Assembly (NCBI GenBank): GCA_964465315.1
Contig: CAYXIK010000001.1
Location: 67,107-131,106, forward strand
Length of the DNA stretch: 64,000 nucleotides
Source: an uncultured Gemmatimonadaceae bacterium
Lineage (GTDB): Bacteria > Gemmatimonadota > Gemmatimonadetes > Gemmatimonadales > GWC2-71-9
Reading direction: 5' to 3'
Shown here: piece after piece, positions 8,738 through 17,680 of the stretch
Layout of the letters: every line of letters begins with the position of its first letter
Numbering within the stretch: the first letter of the stretch is position 1
Program-made: the position numbers and the translations under genes
Notes under the pieces: model-generated
The model's database searches: none
Told to the model about the DNA's origin: nothing
The model's input: the letters and a program-made list of their open reading frames with translations, nothing else

Positions 8738-10092
8738 GTTCTCCTCAGCGAATCGGGATAGAGGATCCGTCCCCTGAACATCACCCACGTGATGCGCCGC
8801 GTGGCCGCGATGTCTTTCGCGGGGTTCGCGTCGAGCACCACGAGGTCCGCCACCTTTCCTTCCGCGATACGGCCGAGCGAGTCGGCGCGCAACAGTTCCG
8901 CACTCTTGCGGGTGGCGGCGGTCACCGCCTCCGTCGGCGTGAGGCCGGCGGCCACGAGCAGGCTCATCTCCTCGTGCAGCGAGAGTCCCGGGACGAGCAG
9001 CTGGTTCGCGGCGTCCGAACCCGCGGCGATGAGGCCGCCCGCGCGTTTGTACTCCCGGACGAACTGGTTCTGCCGCGCGCGCGACCGGCGGAATGCCTGG
9101 AAATCGGCGCTGCGCCACCCGGTGCGTCGCAGCAAGCCCGCGACGTCCCGCACACTCGCGGCTCCGGCCGGGACGTCCTCCATCCCCGGCCGCAGCAGGA
9201 GCGTGGGGTTGTCCAGCCGGGACAACATCTCGTGGACCACGAGGGTCGGTACGATCGCGACGCGCGTCGCCGCGAGGGCGCGCGCGGTGCGCCCGACGGA
9301 CGCCGAGTCGAGCGTGGCCCAACCGATCTCTTCGGTGGTCCAGCCCCGCAGGAACTGATCGTGGGCGCGACCGTAGGTGGCGGGGCTGCTGCTCGCCGCC
9401 TGCACGACCCCCGCCATGTGCTCGAGCGACGCGATGCCCGCCCGGGCGGCGGTGAGCGCGTCGATCTTGCCGAGGTGCGCCGCCACGGGGAGCCGGAGCG
9501 TATTCGCCTCGTCGAGCAGGGGTTTCAGCAGGTCGGACGGGAATTTCGTGTAGATCTTCACGTAGTCCGCCCCGGCGACCGCACGTTGATCCACGGCCTT
9601 GCGCACATCACTCGACGACCGAACCCCTGTGGCCGTGGAGTATGTCGGAGGGATCCCGTCGATCATCGCCCCAGAGGTGAACGTTCGCGGCCCCAGGGCG
9701 GAGCCCAGGTCGAAATCGTTCTTCAAGGCGATGGAGGAATCGGTGCTCGAGGCGCCGAGGTCACGCACGGTCGTGACGCCCCAGGCGAGATAGCGCTCAC
9801 CGGCCCAGCGCTCGACGTGCGCGTGCGCGTCGATCAGGCCCGGGACGATCGTCTTCCCGATCAGGTTGATCACCTCCGCTCCGCGCGGCACTTCCACGTC
9901 GTTGACTCGAGCGACGGCTTGAATGTGCCCCCCCTTGACCAGGATCAGGGCGTCTTTGACCGGATCGCCGCCCGACCCGTCGATCAGCGTGGCGCCCTCG
10001 AGGGCGATCACGCCCTCTCCGGAGGGCTTGCAGGCGACCGCGAGTAGCAGCCAGAGCGGCAACAGGCGGGGACGGATCCGGGCGCGGCTCAT
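8725..10092 (-). CDS. Metal-dependent amidohydrolase (imidazolonepropionase-like family), predicted lipoprotein
   Basis: Trimmed to ATG 10092 (ATGA overlap). Lipobox LLAVAC. PGLIDAHAHV metal-binding motif, and GSDA / LHEE motifs near the C-terminus. Confidence 0.8.
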   Translation of the reverse strand: MSRARIRPRLLPLWLLLAVACKPSGEGVIALEGATLIDGSGGDPVKDALILVKGGHIQAVARVNDVEVPRGAEVINLIGKTIVPGLIDAHAHVERWAGERYLAWGVTTVRDLGASSTDSSIALKNDFDLGSALGPRTFTSGAMIDGIPPTYSTATGVRSSSDVRKAVDQRAVAGADYVKIYTKFPSDLLKPLLDEANTLRLPVAAHLGKIDALTAARAGIASLEHMAGVVQAASSSPATYGRAHDQFLRGWTTEEIGWATLDSASVGRTARALAATRVAIVPTLVVHEMLSRLDNPTLLLRPGMEDVPAGAASVRDVAGLLRRTGWRSADFQAFRRSRARQNQFVREYKRAGGLIAAGSDAANQLLVPGLSLHEEMSLLVAAGLTPTEAVTAATRKSAELLRADSLGRIAEGKVADLVVLDANPAKDIAATRRITWVMFRGRILYPDSLRRTWAK

Positions 10093-10550
10093 GGCTTGGG
10101 ATCGCTGGACGTGTGATCGTGCAGGATCTGCCACCGGCCGCCACGCTTCTGGACCACGAGCGTGAAGGGGCCGCTCGCCGTCACCGACCGTGCGCGCAGC
10201 AGCTTGAAGCGCGCGGTGCACAGCGCGAGATCGGCCGCGAGCGGCCGCACGCGGACTTCCTCGAACGCGAGCGAGTCGCGGGACTTGCCCGGAGCGAAGT
10301 ACGTCGCTTGGTAGTGGTCGTACAAGGGTTGCCATCCGTACTGCACGTGGCCGCCCGACACATAGCCTACGGTCGAGTCGTTCACATAGTCGCTCATGAA
10401 GCCCGCGAGGTCGCCGTGGTTCCAATCGGCGGCGCTCCGCTCGAGCATCGCGGCGATCTCGGCCTGGGGGTTCCCAGGCGCGACCTTCGGGGCGGTGCAG
10501 GCGACGAGAGCCGCTCCCGCCGCACACCACGCCCAGCGCGCTACATCCAT
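10089..10550 (-). CDS. SnoaL/DUF4440-like (NTF2 fold) predicted lipoprotein
   Basis: Trimmed to ATG 10550. Lipobox ALVAC. About 150 aa, with the WNHGDLAGFMSDY pattern typical of NTF2-like DUF4440 proteins. Confidence 0.6.
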   Translation of the reverse strand: MDVARWAWCAAGAALVACTAPKVAPGNPQAEIAAMLERSAADWNHGDLAGFMSDYVNDSTVGYVSGGHVQYGWQPLYDHYQATYFAPGKSRDSLAFEEVRVRPLAADLALCTARFKLLRARSVTASGPFTLVVQKRGGRWQILHDHTSSDPKP

Positions 10551-10658
10551 CGCATCGCCTTTCGTTTCGAGGGAGGCTACAAACGTACCGCGGGAGCGCC
10601 TTGACGAGATGGCTCGAGCCATCCGAACGGCGCTCCCGCGGTGTGACGTCGAGGTGTG

Positions 10659-10925
10659 CTACCGACGGCGCTTCTTCGCCGCTTTCTTCCGCTTCTTCCC
10701 GCCCCTCTTTGCCTTTGCCTTGGGCCGACGCTTCGCGGCCTTTTTCTTTGCCTTGGGTCTCGCCGGCTTCCTCTTCTTTTTCGCCGGCTTCGGCCGGGAC
10801 GCCCCCATCGGTTCGCCCATCATCGGTGCGGGCGCGGGCGGCGTCGGGGGTGCCGGCGGATACATCGGCTCCATCATCCCGGAGCCAGGCCAGCTGCTCT
10901 CCGAAAAGTCGGTGGGCTCGAGCAT
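10659..10925 (-). CDS. Small protein (88 aa) with a Pro/Met-rich N-terminal half and an extremely basic Lys/Arg/Ala/Pro C-terminal tail
   Basis: ATG preceded by GGAGGAGAG with 8-10 nt spacing. Third codon positions are G/C-rich like neighbouring genes. The tail reads ...RPKPAKKKRKPARPKAKKKAAKRRPKAKAKRGGKKRKKAAKKRRR. Confidence 0.45.
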   Translation of the reverse strand: MLEPTDFSESSWPGSGMMEPMYPPAPPTPPAPAPMMGEPMGASRPKPAKKKRKPARPKAKKKAAKRRPKAKAKRGGKKRKKAAKKRRR

Positions 10926-11095
10926 CGCGTGATCTCTCCTCCGCTGGTTGTCCGTGGGCGTGGCCTATAGCTTACCCCGCGAAAGCTCCCACGCAAGAGC
11001 ACGAAAGCGCTGCATCATGGATCACGGCGCGAGCGTGCATTTCGCGACAAGTTAGCTTGACAACTACACTTACGACCGCTTACGTTCGCGCCGCT

Positions 11096-13378
11096 ATGAC
11101 GTCACGCCGCGTCGTCCTCCTCGCCGCCTGTGTCTGCCCGAGCGCGGCGCTGGCCCAAAACGTCGCCGAAGTGCAAGTCGCGCCGCCCTCCGTGACCATC
11201 AAGATCGGAGAGCGCAGCGGCCTGCTCGCAACCGCCTTCGACCGGGCGGGCAACGTGATCCCGACCGTGCGCGTGATCTGGTCGTCGAACAACGTCGCGG
11301 TCGCGAAGGTCGATAATCAGGGCACGGTGACCGGCGTGGCCGGAGGGGTGGCCATCATCGAGGCTCGTGTTGGCGCCCGAAAAGGTCAGGCCGCGGTGCA
11401 AGTGGTAGGTGGCGCGACACCCCCAGGGGGGGCGGCCGCGCAACCTTCCCCCGGTCAGTCTTCCGGGCGGCCCAATGAGGCCACCGCGCCGCCGTCCGGC
11501 AGCGAAGCCTTCGCCGGCCAGCCCGCTGGAACCGGTCCGGCGTCGGTGCTCCGCATCGAGCCCCCGACCATCTACCTCCTGCCCTCTGAAAATACGCGCG
11601 CTTCTCCCCGCGCCTTGAAGGACGACGGCACGCCCGCGGCACCGGTGGCGGTAACGTGGAAGTCGCTGCGGCCGGACATCGCAAGCGTCGACCAGAACGG
11701 CGTCATCGTGGCACTCGCGCCGGGCCAGGGAACGGTGCAGGTCACGAGTACGGGCGGCCTCACGGCGACGGCCCCGATCGTCGTGCAACCGAGCGACATC
11801 GCGATCCAGGAGGCGATCCCCGTCGTCATGTCGCCGGGGGACGTGGACACGCTGCACGTCGTCGTGCCCGCCCAGGGCGGTCGGGTCGTGAGCCCGCTCG
11901 CGCTGCAATGGTCGGCGGCGGATCCCGCGGTCGCCCACGTGAGCCTCACGGGCGTCGTGACGGCGGTGGCCCCCGGGCACACGACGCTCACGGTGGGGGG
12001 GCTCTTGCAGGCGAAGACGATCGAGATCGTGGTACACAAGACCGTCGAGGCGCTGGCCGTGCTCCCGACGTCCAAGAGCGACGTGCCGCTGCCGATTCAG
12101 GGGTCCGTAAAGTTCCAGGTTCAGGCGCTGGCTGCCGACAAGAGTGTGGTCACCGAAGCGCAAATGCGCTGGACCGTGGGCGACACGTCGCTCGCGACCT
12201 TCGATCCGGCGACCGGCGTGCTGACCGGCAAGAAGGCAGGGCGCACCACGCTCGCCGTCAAAGGGCCGGGCCCGGGACTCGCGGTCACCTGGCAAGTCCG
12301 CGTCATCGCGGCGGGCCTGAAGCTCTCGGCCACCCGCGTGGGCGAGCCGCTGGGCCGACGGTTCCCGCTGAAGGCGAGCTTCGCCGATGAATCGGGAGTG
12401 GTGATCGGCCCCGCCACCGGGGTCACCTGGGCATCCGACAACCCGCAGGTGGCGACCGTCGCGGAGGACGGCACAGTCGCCACCTCGGCGTACGGACACG
12501 CGCGCGTGACGGCGACGGCGCCCGGCGGACGGCGCGCCACGGCCGAGGTGTTTGTGCAGGGCGAGATCGTGATCGCCAGCTCACGTACCGGGCGGTTCCA
12601 GCTGTACGCGGCGGAGCGCTCGAATCTAGCGCAGTTCCGCAAGGTCATGGACGACTCCGCGATCGCCAGCGAACCCGCCTTCTCGCCCGACGGATCGCGC
12701 ATCGCATTCACGTCGACGCGCGACGGCCAGCCGGAAGTGTATCTCATGGACGCCGACGGGACTGCCGTATCGCGGCTCACCAACTCCCCGGGACTGGATG
12801 GAGACGCCTCGTTCACGGCCGACGGCCAGGCGGTGGTATTCCACTCCCAGCGCACTGGACACCGTCAGATCTTCCTTCAGCCGATCACCAGCTCGGACGC
12901 GGTGCAACTCACGCAGGAGCCGGCCGACAACTTGCAGCCCACGATGTCGCCGGACGGCGAGACGATCGCGTTCGTGTCGAACCGCGAGGGCAACAATCAC
13001 ATCTGGTTGATGGCCAAGGACGGCTCGAATCAGCGTGCGCTGATCAAGGGGCAACAGAGCAAGGAGAGCGCGCCGCACTTCCTGCGCGACGGGACCCTCG
13101 CCTACTTGGTGGAGCAGAAGGAGAGCGGCCGGACCGTCACGCAAGTGGTGAAGACCGACTTGGTCAGCGGGAAGATGACGCCCCTCTCCGGTACCGATCT
13201 CGTGATCAGTGATTTCGCCCCGTCGCCGGGCGGCGACCTGCTCGGCCTCGTCGTCGCGGTGCAGAAGAACGTGTTCCGCGTGTACGTCCAGCCGGTGGGA
13301 GCGAATGGGGCGGGGGCGCCCGTGGCCATTCCAACCACTGGCGCCGAGCAGATGGTGGCCCCCGCCTTCATGCCCTAG
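11096..13378 (+). CDS. Secreted protein with multiple Big_2 (bacterial Ig-like) domains plus a TolB-like beta-propeller (PD40 repeats)
   Basis: Track ORF 10601..13378 trimmed to ATG 11096. Signal peptide MTSRRVVLLAACVCPSAALAQ. Repeated ...VTGVAGGVAIIEARVG.. Ig-like modules. C-terminal FSPDGSRIAFTSTRDG / FTADGQAVVFHSQRTG / MSPDGETIAFVSNREG repeats. Confidence 0.8.
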   Translation: MTSRRVVLLAACVCPSAALAQNVAEVQVAPPSVTIKIGERSGLLATAFDRAGNVIPTVRVIWSSNNVAVAKVDNQGTVTGVAGGVAIIEARVGARKGQAAVQVVGGATPPGGAAAQPSPGQSSGRPNEATAPPSGSEAFAGQPAGTGPASVLRIEPPTIYLLPSENTRASPRALKDDGTPAAPVAVTWKSLRPDIASVDQNGVIVALAPGQGTVQVTSTGGLTATAPIVVQPSDIAIQEAIPVVMSPGDVDTLHVVVPAQGGRVVSPLALQWSAADPAVAHVSLTGVVTAVAPGHTTLTVGGLLQAKTIEIVVHKTVEALAVLPTSKSDVPLPIQGSVKFQVQALAADKSVVTEAQMRWTVGDTSLATFDPATGVLTGKKAGRTTLAVKGPGPGLAVTWQVRVIAAGLKLSATRVGEPLGRRFPLKASFADESGVVIGPATGVTWASDNPQVATVAEDGTVATSAYGHARVTATAPGGRRATAEVFVQGEIVIASSRTGRFQLYAAERSNLAQFRKVMDDSAIASEPAFSPDGSRIAFTSTRDGQPEVYLMDADGTAVSRLTNSPGLDGDASFTADGQAVVFHSQRTGHRQIFLQPITSSDAVQLTQEPADNLQPTMSPDGETIAFVSNREGNNHIWLMAKDGSNQRALIKGQQSKESAPHFLRDGTLAYLVEQKESGRTVTQVVKTDLVSGKMTPLSGTDLVISDFAPSPGGDLLGLVVAVQKNVFRVYVQPVGANGAGAPVAIPTTGAEQMVAPAFMP

Positions 13379-13390
13379 CGGGCGCGTCCC

Positions 13391-14440
13391 ATGCGCGCCT
13401 GGGTGATCCGAAGTATCGGCGGACTCGAGCGGGTCGAGCTCGCCCAGGTTCCCGACCCTGCGTCCACGTTGCGTGCCACCGAGGTTCGCGTCGTGCTCCG
13501 AGCCGCGGCGCTCAACCACCTCGATCTATTCGTCGTGAGAGGCCTGCCGCACGAGTACGCCTTCCCGCACATCCTTGGTGCCGACGGGGCTGGAGTCGTG
13601 GCGGCCGTGGGCCCGGATGTCCGCTCGGTGCGACCGGGCGACCGGGTGATGATCAATCCCGGGATCGCGGATTACACCTGCGAGTACTGCCGGGCGGGCG
13701 AGCACTCGCTTTGCCTCAATTACGGGCTCTTGGGAGAGCATCTGCCCGGGACGCTCGCAGAAGCGATCGTGGTTCCAGAGCCGAATGTCGCCGTTATTCC
13801 GACCCTGCCGAACGCACTCTCGTGGGCCGAAGCGGCGGCCTTCTCGCTGGTCACCCTCACCGCGTGGCGCATGATGGTCACCCGCGCGCGGGTGCAGCCG
13901 GGTGAGACGGTACTGGTGTGGGGGATCGGCGGCGGGGCGTCGCTTGCGGCGATGCGGATCGCGAAGCTCAAGGGCGCGCGCGTGATCGTCACTTCGTCCT
14001 CCGACGCGAAGCTCGAGCACGCGAAGCGGCTCGGCGCGGACGTGACGCTCAATCACCGAACACAGAAAGTCTCTCAAGAGGTCCGCACACTCACCGACAA
14101 GCGCGGCGCGGACGTCGTGATCGACAACGTCGGGGAAGCGACGTGGGACGAGTCGTTACGATCGCTGCGGCGGGGAGGGCGGCTGGTGAGCTGCGGCGCG
14201 ACCACGGGTCCGAAGGTGGGGCTCGACCTGCGCCGGCTCTTCTGGTATCAATGGAGCATCATGGGCTCGACCATGGGCAACCTCGCCGAGTACCGCGACA
14301 TCGTGCGGGTACTCGGTACCGGCGAGGTCCGGCCGATCGTAGATCGCGTGTTTCCGTTCTCAGGTGCCCGTGAGGCACTCGAGCGATTGGACAGGGGCGA
14401 GCAGCTCGGGAAAATCGTCCTGACGGTGGCGGACGGGTGA
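13391..14440 (+). CDS. Zinc-type alcohol dehydrogenase / quinone oxidoreductase (MDR superfamily)
   Basis: 349 aa with GADGAGVV, the structural-zinc loop CEYCRAGEHSLC, and the Rossmann motif VWGIGGGASLAA. Confidence 0.85.
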   Translation: MRAWVIRSIGGLERVELAQVPDPASTLRATEVRVVLRAAALNHLDLFVVRGLPHEYAFPHILGADGAGVVAAVGPDVRSVRPGDRVMINPGIADYTCEYCRAGEHSLCLNYGLLGEHLPGTLAEAIVVPEPNVAVIPTLPNALSWAEAAAFSLVTLTAWRMMVTRARVQPGETVLVWGIGGGASLAAMRIAKLKGARVIVTSSSDAKLEHAKRLGADVTLNHRTQKVSQEVRTLTDKRGADVVIDNVGEATWDESLRSLRRGGRLVSCGATTGPKVGLDLRRLFWYQWSIMGSTMGNLAEYRDIVRVLGTGEVRPIVDRVFPFSGAREALERLDRGEQLGKIVLTVADG

Positions 14441-14460
14441 AGGGCACGACTGTCGTCGCT

Positions 14461-14829
14461 ATGCCCCGGTTGTTTGGCGTGCTTGGTTTACTCTTTTTGG
14501 CGGGATGCGCTGGCCGTTGGCTGGGTGTTGAGCAGCCGATCCGTCCGTCGCCGCTCCGCCCACCGCGAGACTATCGCGTCGTTCTCAGGAATGATTCGGT
14601 AGTGGTTTTGCACGACGCGCTGGTCCGCAACGACAGTTTGGTGGAGCGATCGCGCGAGCAGAACAGCGGGGCAACGGCCCCCCCGCGCGGCGTCGACCTA
14701 TTGGACGTGGTGCGGCTGGAGGAGTGGCAGTCTGGGGGCGAGCGTGACGCTGGGCTTGTGACTGTGGGCCTCGTGACTGCCGGAGTGGGGTTCCTCGTAT
14801 TGCTCGCCCTAACCGTTCCTAACGACTAG
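14461..14829 (+). CDS. Predicted lipoprotein with a C-terminal hydrophobic helix, unknown function
   Basis: Track ORF 14437..14829. ATG 14461 gives MPRLFGVLGLLFLAGC (lipobox). Codon usage is atypically AT-rich at the 5' end. Confidence 0.5.
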   Translation: MPRLFGVLGLLFLAGCAGRWLGVEQPIRPSPLRPPRDYRVVLRNDSVVVLHDALVRNDSLVERSREQNSGATAPPRGVDLLDVVRLEEWQSGGERDAGLVTVGLVTAGVGFLVLLALTVPND

Positions 14830-14952
14830 CGCGCGAGGCGGGGAGCTCGGCCGCTCGCCATCCTGAAGCACGCTTCGCTCTCCCTGCCCGCTTCGCTCGA
14901 CGCGTCAGACAGCGCCGGCCGGCCCCCCGGTGAACACACGTTGGCGTCGCAG

Positions 14953-14974
14953 CGTCAACCGACCGTCAACCGAG
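14953..14974. repeat. Tandem 11-mer direct repeat (CGTCAACCGAC / CGTCAACCGAG)
   Basis: Read directly from the 300-nt spacer upstream of gyrA. Confidence 0.8.
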
Positions 14975-15019
14975 TCCCGTAAGTGACCCCCTGCGCCCCG
15001 TTTAGGGCGCTCATCCGCG

Positions 15020-15048
15020 TTGCCTTTCACTATCTAAGTGATTATTTT
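15020..15048 (+). promoter_or_regulatory. Candidate gyrA promoter (TTGCCT - 17 nt - TATTTT) flanked by the inverted repeat CTAAGT..ACTTAG
   Basis: This is the only AT-rich patch in the spacer. The hexamers are spaced 17 nt apart. The inverted repeat lies at 15034..15039 and 15055..15060. Confidence 0.25.
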
Positions 15049-15092
15049 TTGGGAACTTAGGCCGCTCCGCGGAGCCCCCGGCTGCCTGGCAA

Positions 15093-15120
15093 CGACACCT
15101 GACATCCGACACCTGACACC
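15093..15120. repeat. Tandem 14-mer direct repeat (CGACACCTGACATC / CGACACCTGACACC) 10 nt upstream of the gyrA ATG
   Basis: Read directly from the sequence. No Shine-Dalgarno motif lies between it and the start codon. Confidence 0.8.
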
Positions 15121-15129
15121 CGTCTTTTC

Positions 15130-17679
15130 ATGACCGGACCGAACGCCCGCGAACGCATCCTGCCGCGCCTCATCGAAGACGAGATGAGGGAGTCGTTCCT
15201 CGACTACTCGATGAGCGTGATCGTGCAGCGCGCGCTGCCCGACGTGCGCGACGGCTTGAAGCCGGTGCACCGTCGCATCCTGTACGCGATGCACGAGCTG
15301 GGGCTCGTCCCGGGCCGTCCCTACAAGAAGAGCGCGACGGTAGTCGGGGACGTGCTCGGCAAGTACCACCCGCACGGCGACGTGGCCGTCTACGACTCGC
15401 TGGTGCGCATGGTGCAGGACTTCTCGCTGCGCTACCCGCTCGTGGACGGGCAGGGGAATTTTGGCTCGGTGGACGGCGATCCTCCGGCCGCCTACCGCTA
15501 CACCGAGGCCCGCCTCACGCGTATCGCGATGACGATGCTCGAGGACATCGACAAGAACACGGTCGATTTCGTCCCGAACTTCGACGACCGGCTGCAGGAG
15601 CCGACCGTGCTGCCGGCGCGGCTCCCCAACCTCATCGTGAACGGCACGTCAGGCATCGCGGTGGGGATGGCGACGAACATCCCGCCGCACAACCTGGCCG
15701 AGACGGTCGAGGCGATCAACCATCTCGTCGACCACCCCACCGCGACCATCAAGGACCTGCGGAAGTTCATCAAGGGCCCCGATTTCCCGACGGGCGCGAT
15801 CATCTACGGGCGCGAGGGCATCAAGGAGTGCTACGAGAAGGGGCGCGGCCGCATGGTGCTCCGGGCGCGCGCCGTGGTGGAGGAGAAAGAGTCGACCGGC
15901 AAGCAGCAGATCGTCGTTACCGAGATTCCCTATCAGGTGAACAAGGCGAATCTCATCGCGCAGATCGCCGAGCTCGCCAACGACAAGAAGCTAGACGGGA
16001 TCTCGGACATCCAGGACTACTCGGACCGCGAGGGCATGCGCGTCGTCATCGACCTGAAGCGCGACGCCGTGCCCGCCGTGGTGTTGAACCAGCTGTACAA
16101 GCACTCGCAGATGCAGACCACCTTCGGCGCGATCATGCTCGCCCTCGTCGACGGGGCGCCGAAGGAGATGAACCTGAAGGAGCTGCTCGACCACTTCATC
16201 GAGCATCGCCACACCGTCATCGTCCGCCGAACCGAGTTCGAGCTCAAGCGCGCCCAGGACCGGGAGCACATCCTCGAAGGCTTGAAGATCGCCGTCGACA
16301 ATATCGACGAGGTGATCCGCATCATCAAGAAGTCGAAGGACACGCCGACGGCCGATGCGGCGTTGCGCAAGCGGTTCAAGCTGTCCGAAAAGCAGTCGGC
16401 GGAAATCCTCAACATGCGACTGGCCCGGCTTACCGCCCTCGAGATCACCAAGCTCGAGGACGAGCTCAAGGAAGTCCGCAAATTCATCAAGGAGTGCAAG
16501 GAGATCCTCGGGTCCAAGCCGCGCCGCCTCAAGATCCTCAAGGAGGAGCTCTCCGACCTCGCGCACGGCTTCGGGGACGAGCGGCGCACGGAGATCGTGG
16601 CGGACCAGGGCGAGTTCTCGATCGAGGACCTCATCGCCGAAGAGGACATGGTGATCACCGTGTCCCACGCCGGCTACATCAAGCGGCTCCCCGTCTCGGC
16701 ATATCGGCGCCAGCGGCGCGGCGGGCGCGGTGTCATCTCCGCTCACACGAAGGAAGACGACTGGGTCGAGCACCTCTTCATCGCTTCGACCCACGACTAC
16801 GTGATGTTCTTCACCGAGCAGGGCCAGTGCTACTGGCTCAAGGTCCACGAGATTCCGCAAGCGGCGCGGGCAGCGCGTGGTAAGCCGATCCTCTCCTGCA
16901 TCGCCATGAAACAGGACGAACGCCTCGCCTCGCTCGTGCCGGTGCGCGAGTTCTCGGAAGACCAGTACCTGTTGTTCGCGACCAAGCTCGGCGTCGTGAA
17001 GAAGACGCGGCTCTCGGAGTTCGGCAATCCACGCTCGGTCGGGATCCGGGCCATCAACATCGAGAAGGGCGACGAGCTCATCGACGTCCAGGTGACGGAC
17101 GGCAAGAACGACATCGTCCTCGCCACGTGCCACGGCATGAGCATCCGGTTCCACGAGAAAGACGTGCGCGACATGGGGCGCACGGCGACCGGTGTGAAGG
17201 GCATCGAGCTCGAGAAAAAGGATCAAGTGATCGATCTCGTCGTGGTGCGTCGCAAGTCGACGCTGCTCGCCGTCACGGAGAAGGGGATGGGGAAGCGCTC
17301 CGAACTGGACGAGTATCGGGTGCAGCACCGCGGCGGCCGGGGCATCATCACGCTCAAGCGCGCCGACAAGACCGGCGACATCGTCGCGCTCAAGGAAGTG
17401 CTGCCCGACGACGAGCTGATGATGATCACCAAGAAGGGGATCATGATCCGCGTGCCGGTCGAGGGGATCCGCATCTCGGGCCGGAACACGCAGGGCGTGA
17501 AGATCATGAACCTGACCGCGGGCGACCTGGTGGTAGACGTGGCCCGCGTGGTGAAAGAGGATGAAGGGGACAACGGGGAGGACGAGGACGGAGACGACGG
17601 TGGGCCCAAGCCTTCCGGGAAGGCGCCCGGCAAACCAGCGGCCAAGCCGAAGGCCGGCGCCAAGAAGACGAAAAAGTAG
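15130..17679 (+). CDS. gyrA: DNA gyrase subunit A
   Basis: 849 aa with [27 protein letters not shown] and the [10 protein letters not shown] active-site Tyr region, plus C-terminal beta-pinwheel repeats and an acidic then Lys-rich tail. Confidence 0.97.
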   Translation: MTGPNARERILPRLIEDEMRESFLDYSMSVIVQRALPDVRDGLKPVHRRILYAMHELGLVPGRPYKKSATVVGDVLGKYHPHGDVAVYDSLVRMVQDFSLRYPLVDGQGNFGSVDGDPPAAYRYTEARLTRIAMTMLEDIDKNTVDFVPNFDDRLQEPTVLPARLPNLIVNGTSGIAVGMATNIPPHNLAETVEAINHLVDHPTATIKDLRKFIKGPDFPTGAIIYGREGIKECYEKGRGRMVLRARAVVEEKESTGKQQIVVTEIPYQVNKANLIAQIAELANDKKLDGISDIQDYSDREGMRVVIDLKRDAVPAVVLNQLYKHSQMQTTFGAIMLALVDGAPKEMNLKELLDHFIEHRHTVIVRRTEFELKRAQDREHILEGLKIAVDNIDEVIRIIKKSKDTPTADAALRKRFKLSEKQSAEILNMRLARLTALEITKLEDELKEVRKFIKECKEILGSKPRRLKILKEELSDLAHGFGDERRTEIVADQGEFSIEDLIAEEDMVITVSHAGYIKRLPVSAYRRQRRGGRGVISAHTKEDDWVEHLFIASTHDYVMFFTEQGQCYWLKVHEIPQAARAARGKPILSCIAMKQDERLASLVPVREFSEDQYLLFATKLGVVKKTRLSEFGNPRSVGIRAINIEKGDELIDVQVTDGKNDIVLATCHGMSIRFHEKDVRDMGRTATGVKGIELEKKDQVIDLVVVRRKSTLLAVTEKGMGKRSELDEYRVQHRGGRGIITLKRADKTGDIVALKEVLPDDELMMITKKGIMIRVPVEGIRISGRNTQGVKIMNLTAGDLVVDVARVVKEDEGDNGEDEDGDDGGPKPSGKAPGKPAAKPKAGAKKTKK

Positions 17680-17680
17680 C

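Noticed and set aside
7022-9322. Very long N-terminal extensions in track ORFs. Examples are 7022..9322, 8725..10530, 10601..13378, 34267..36297, 36344..38236, 41420..43261, 58889..60463, 56202..58814 and 61973..63514.
   Set aside because: The extensions are Arg/Pro-rich, overlap the preceding gene out of frame, and are followed by an internal ATG or GTG with an RBS, a signal peptide or a 4-nt stop-start overlap. I trimmed them to those internal starts.
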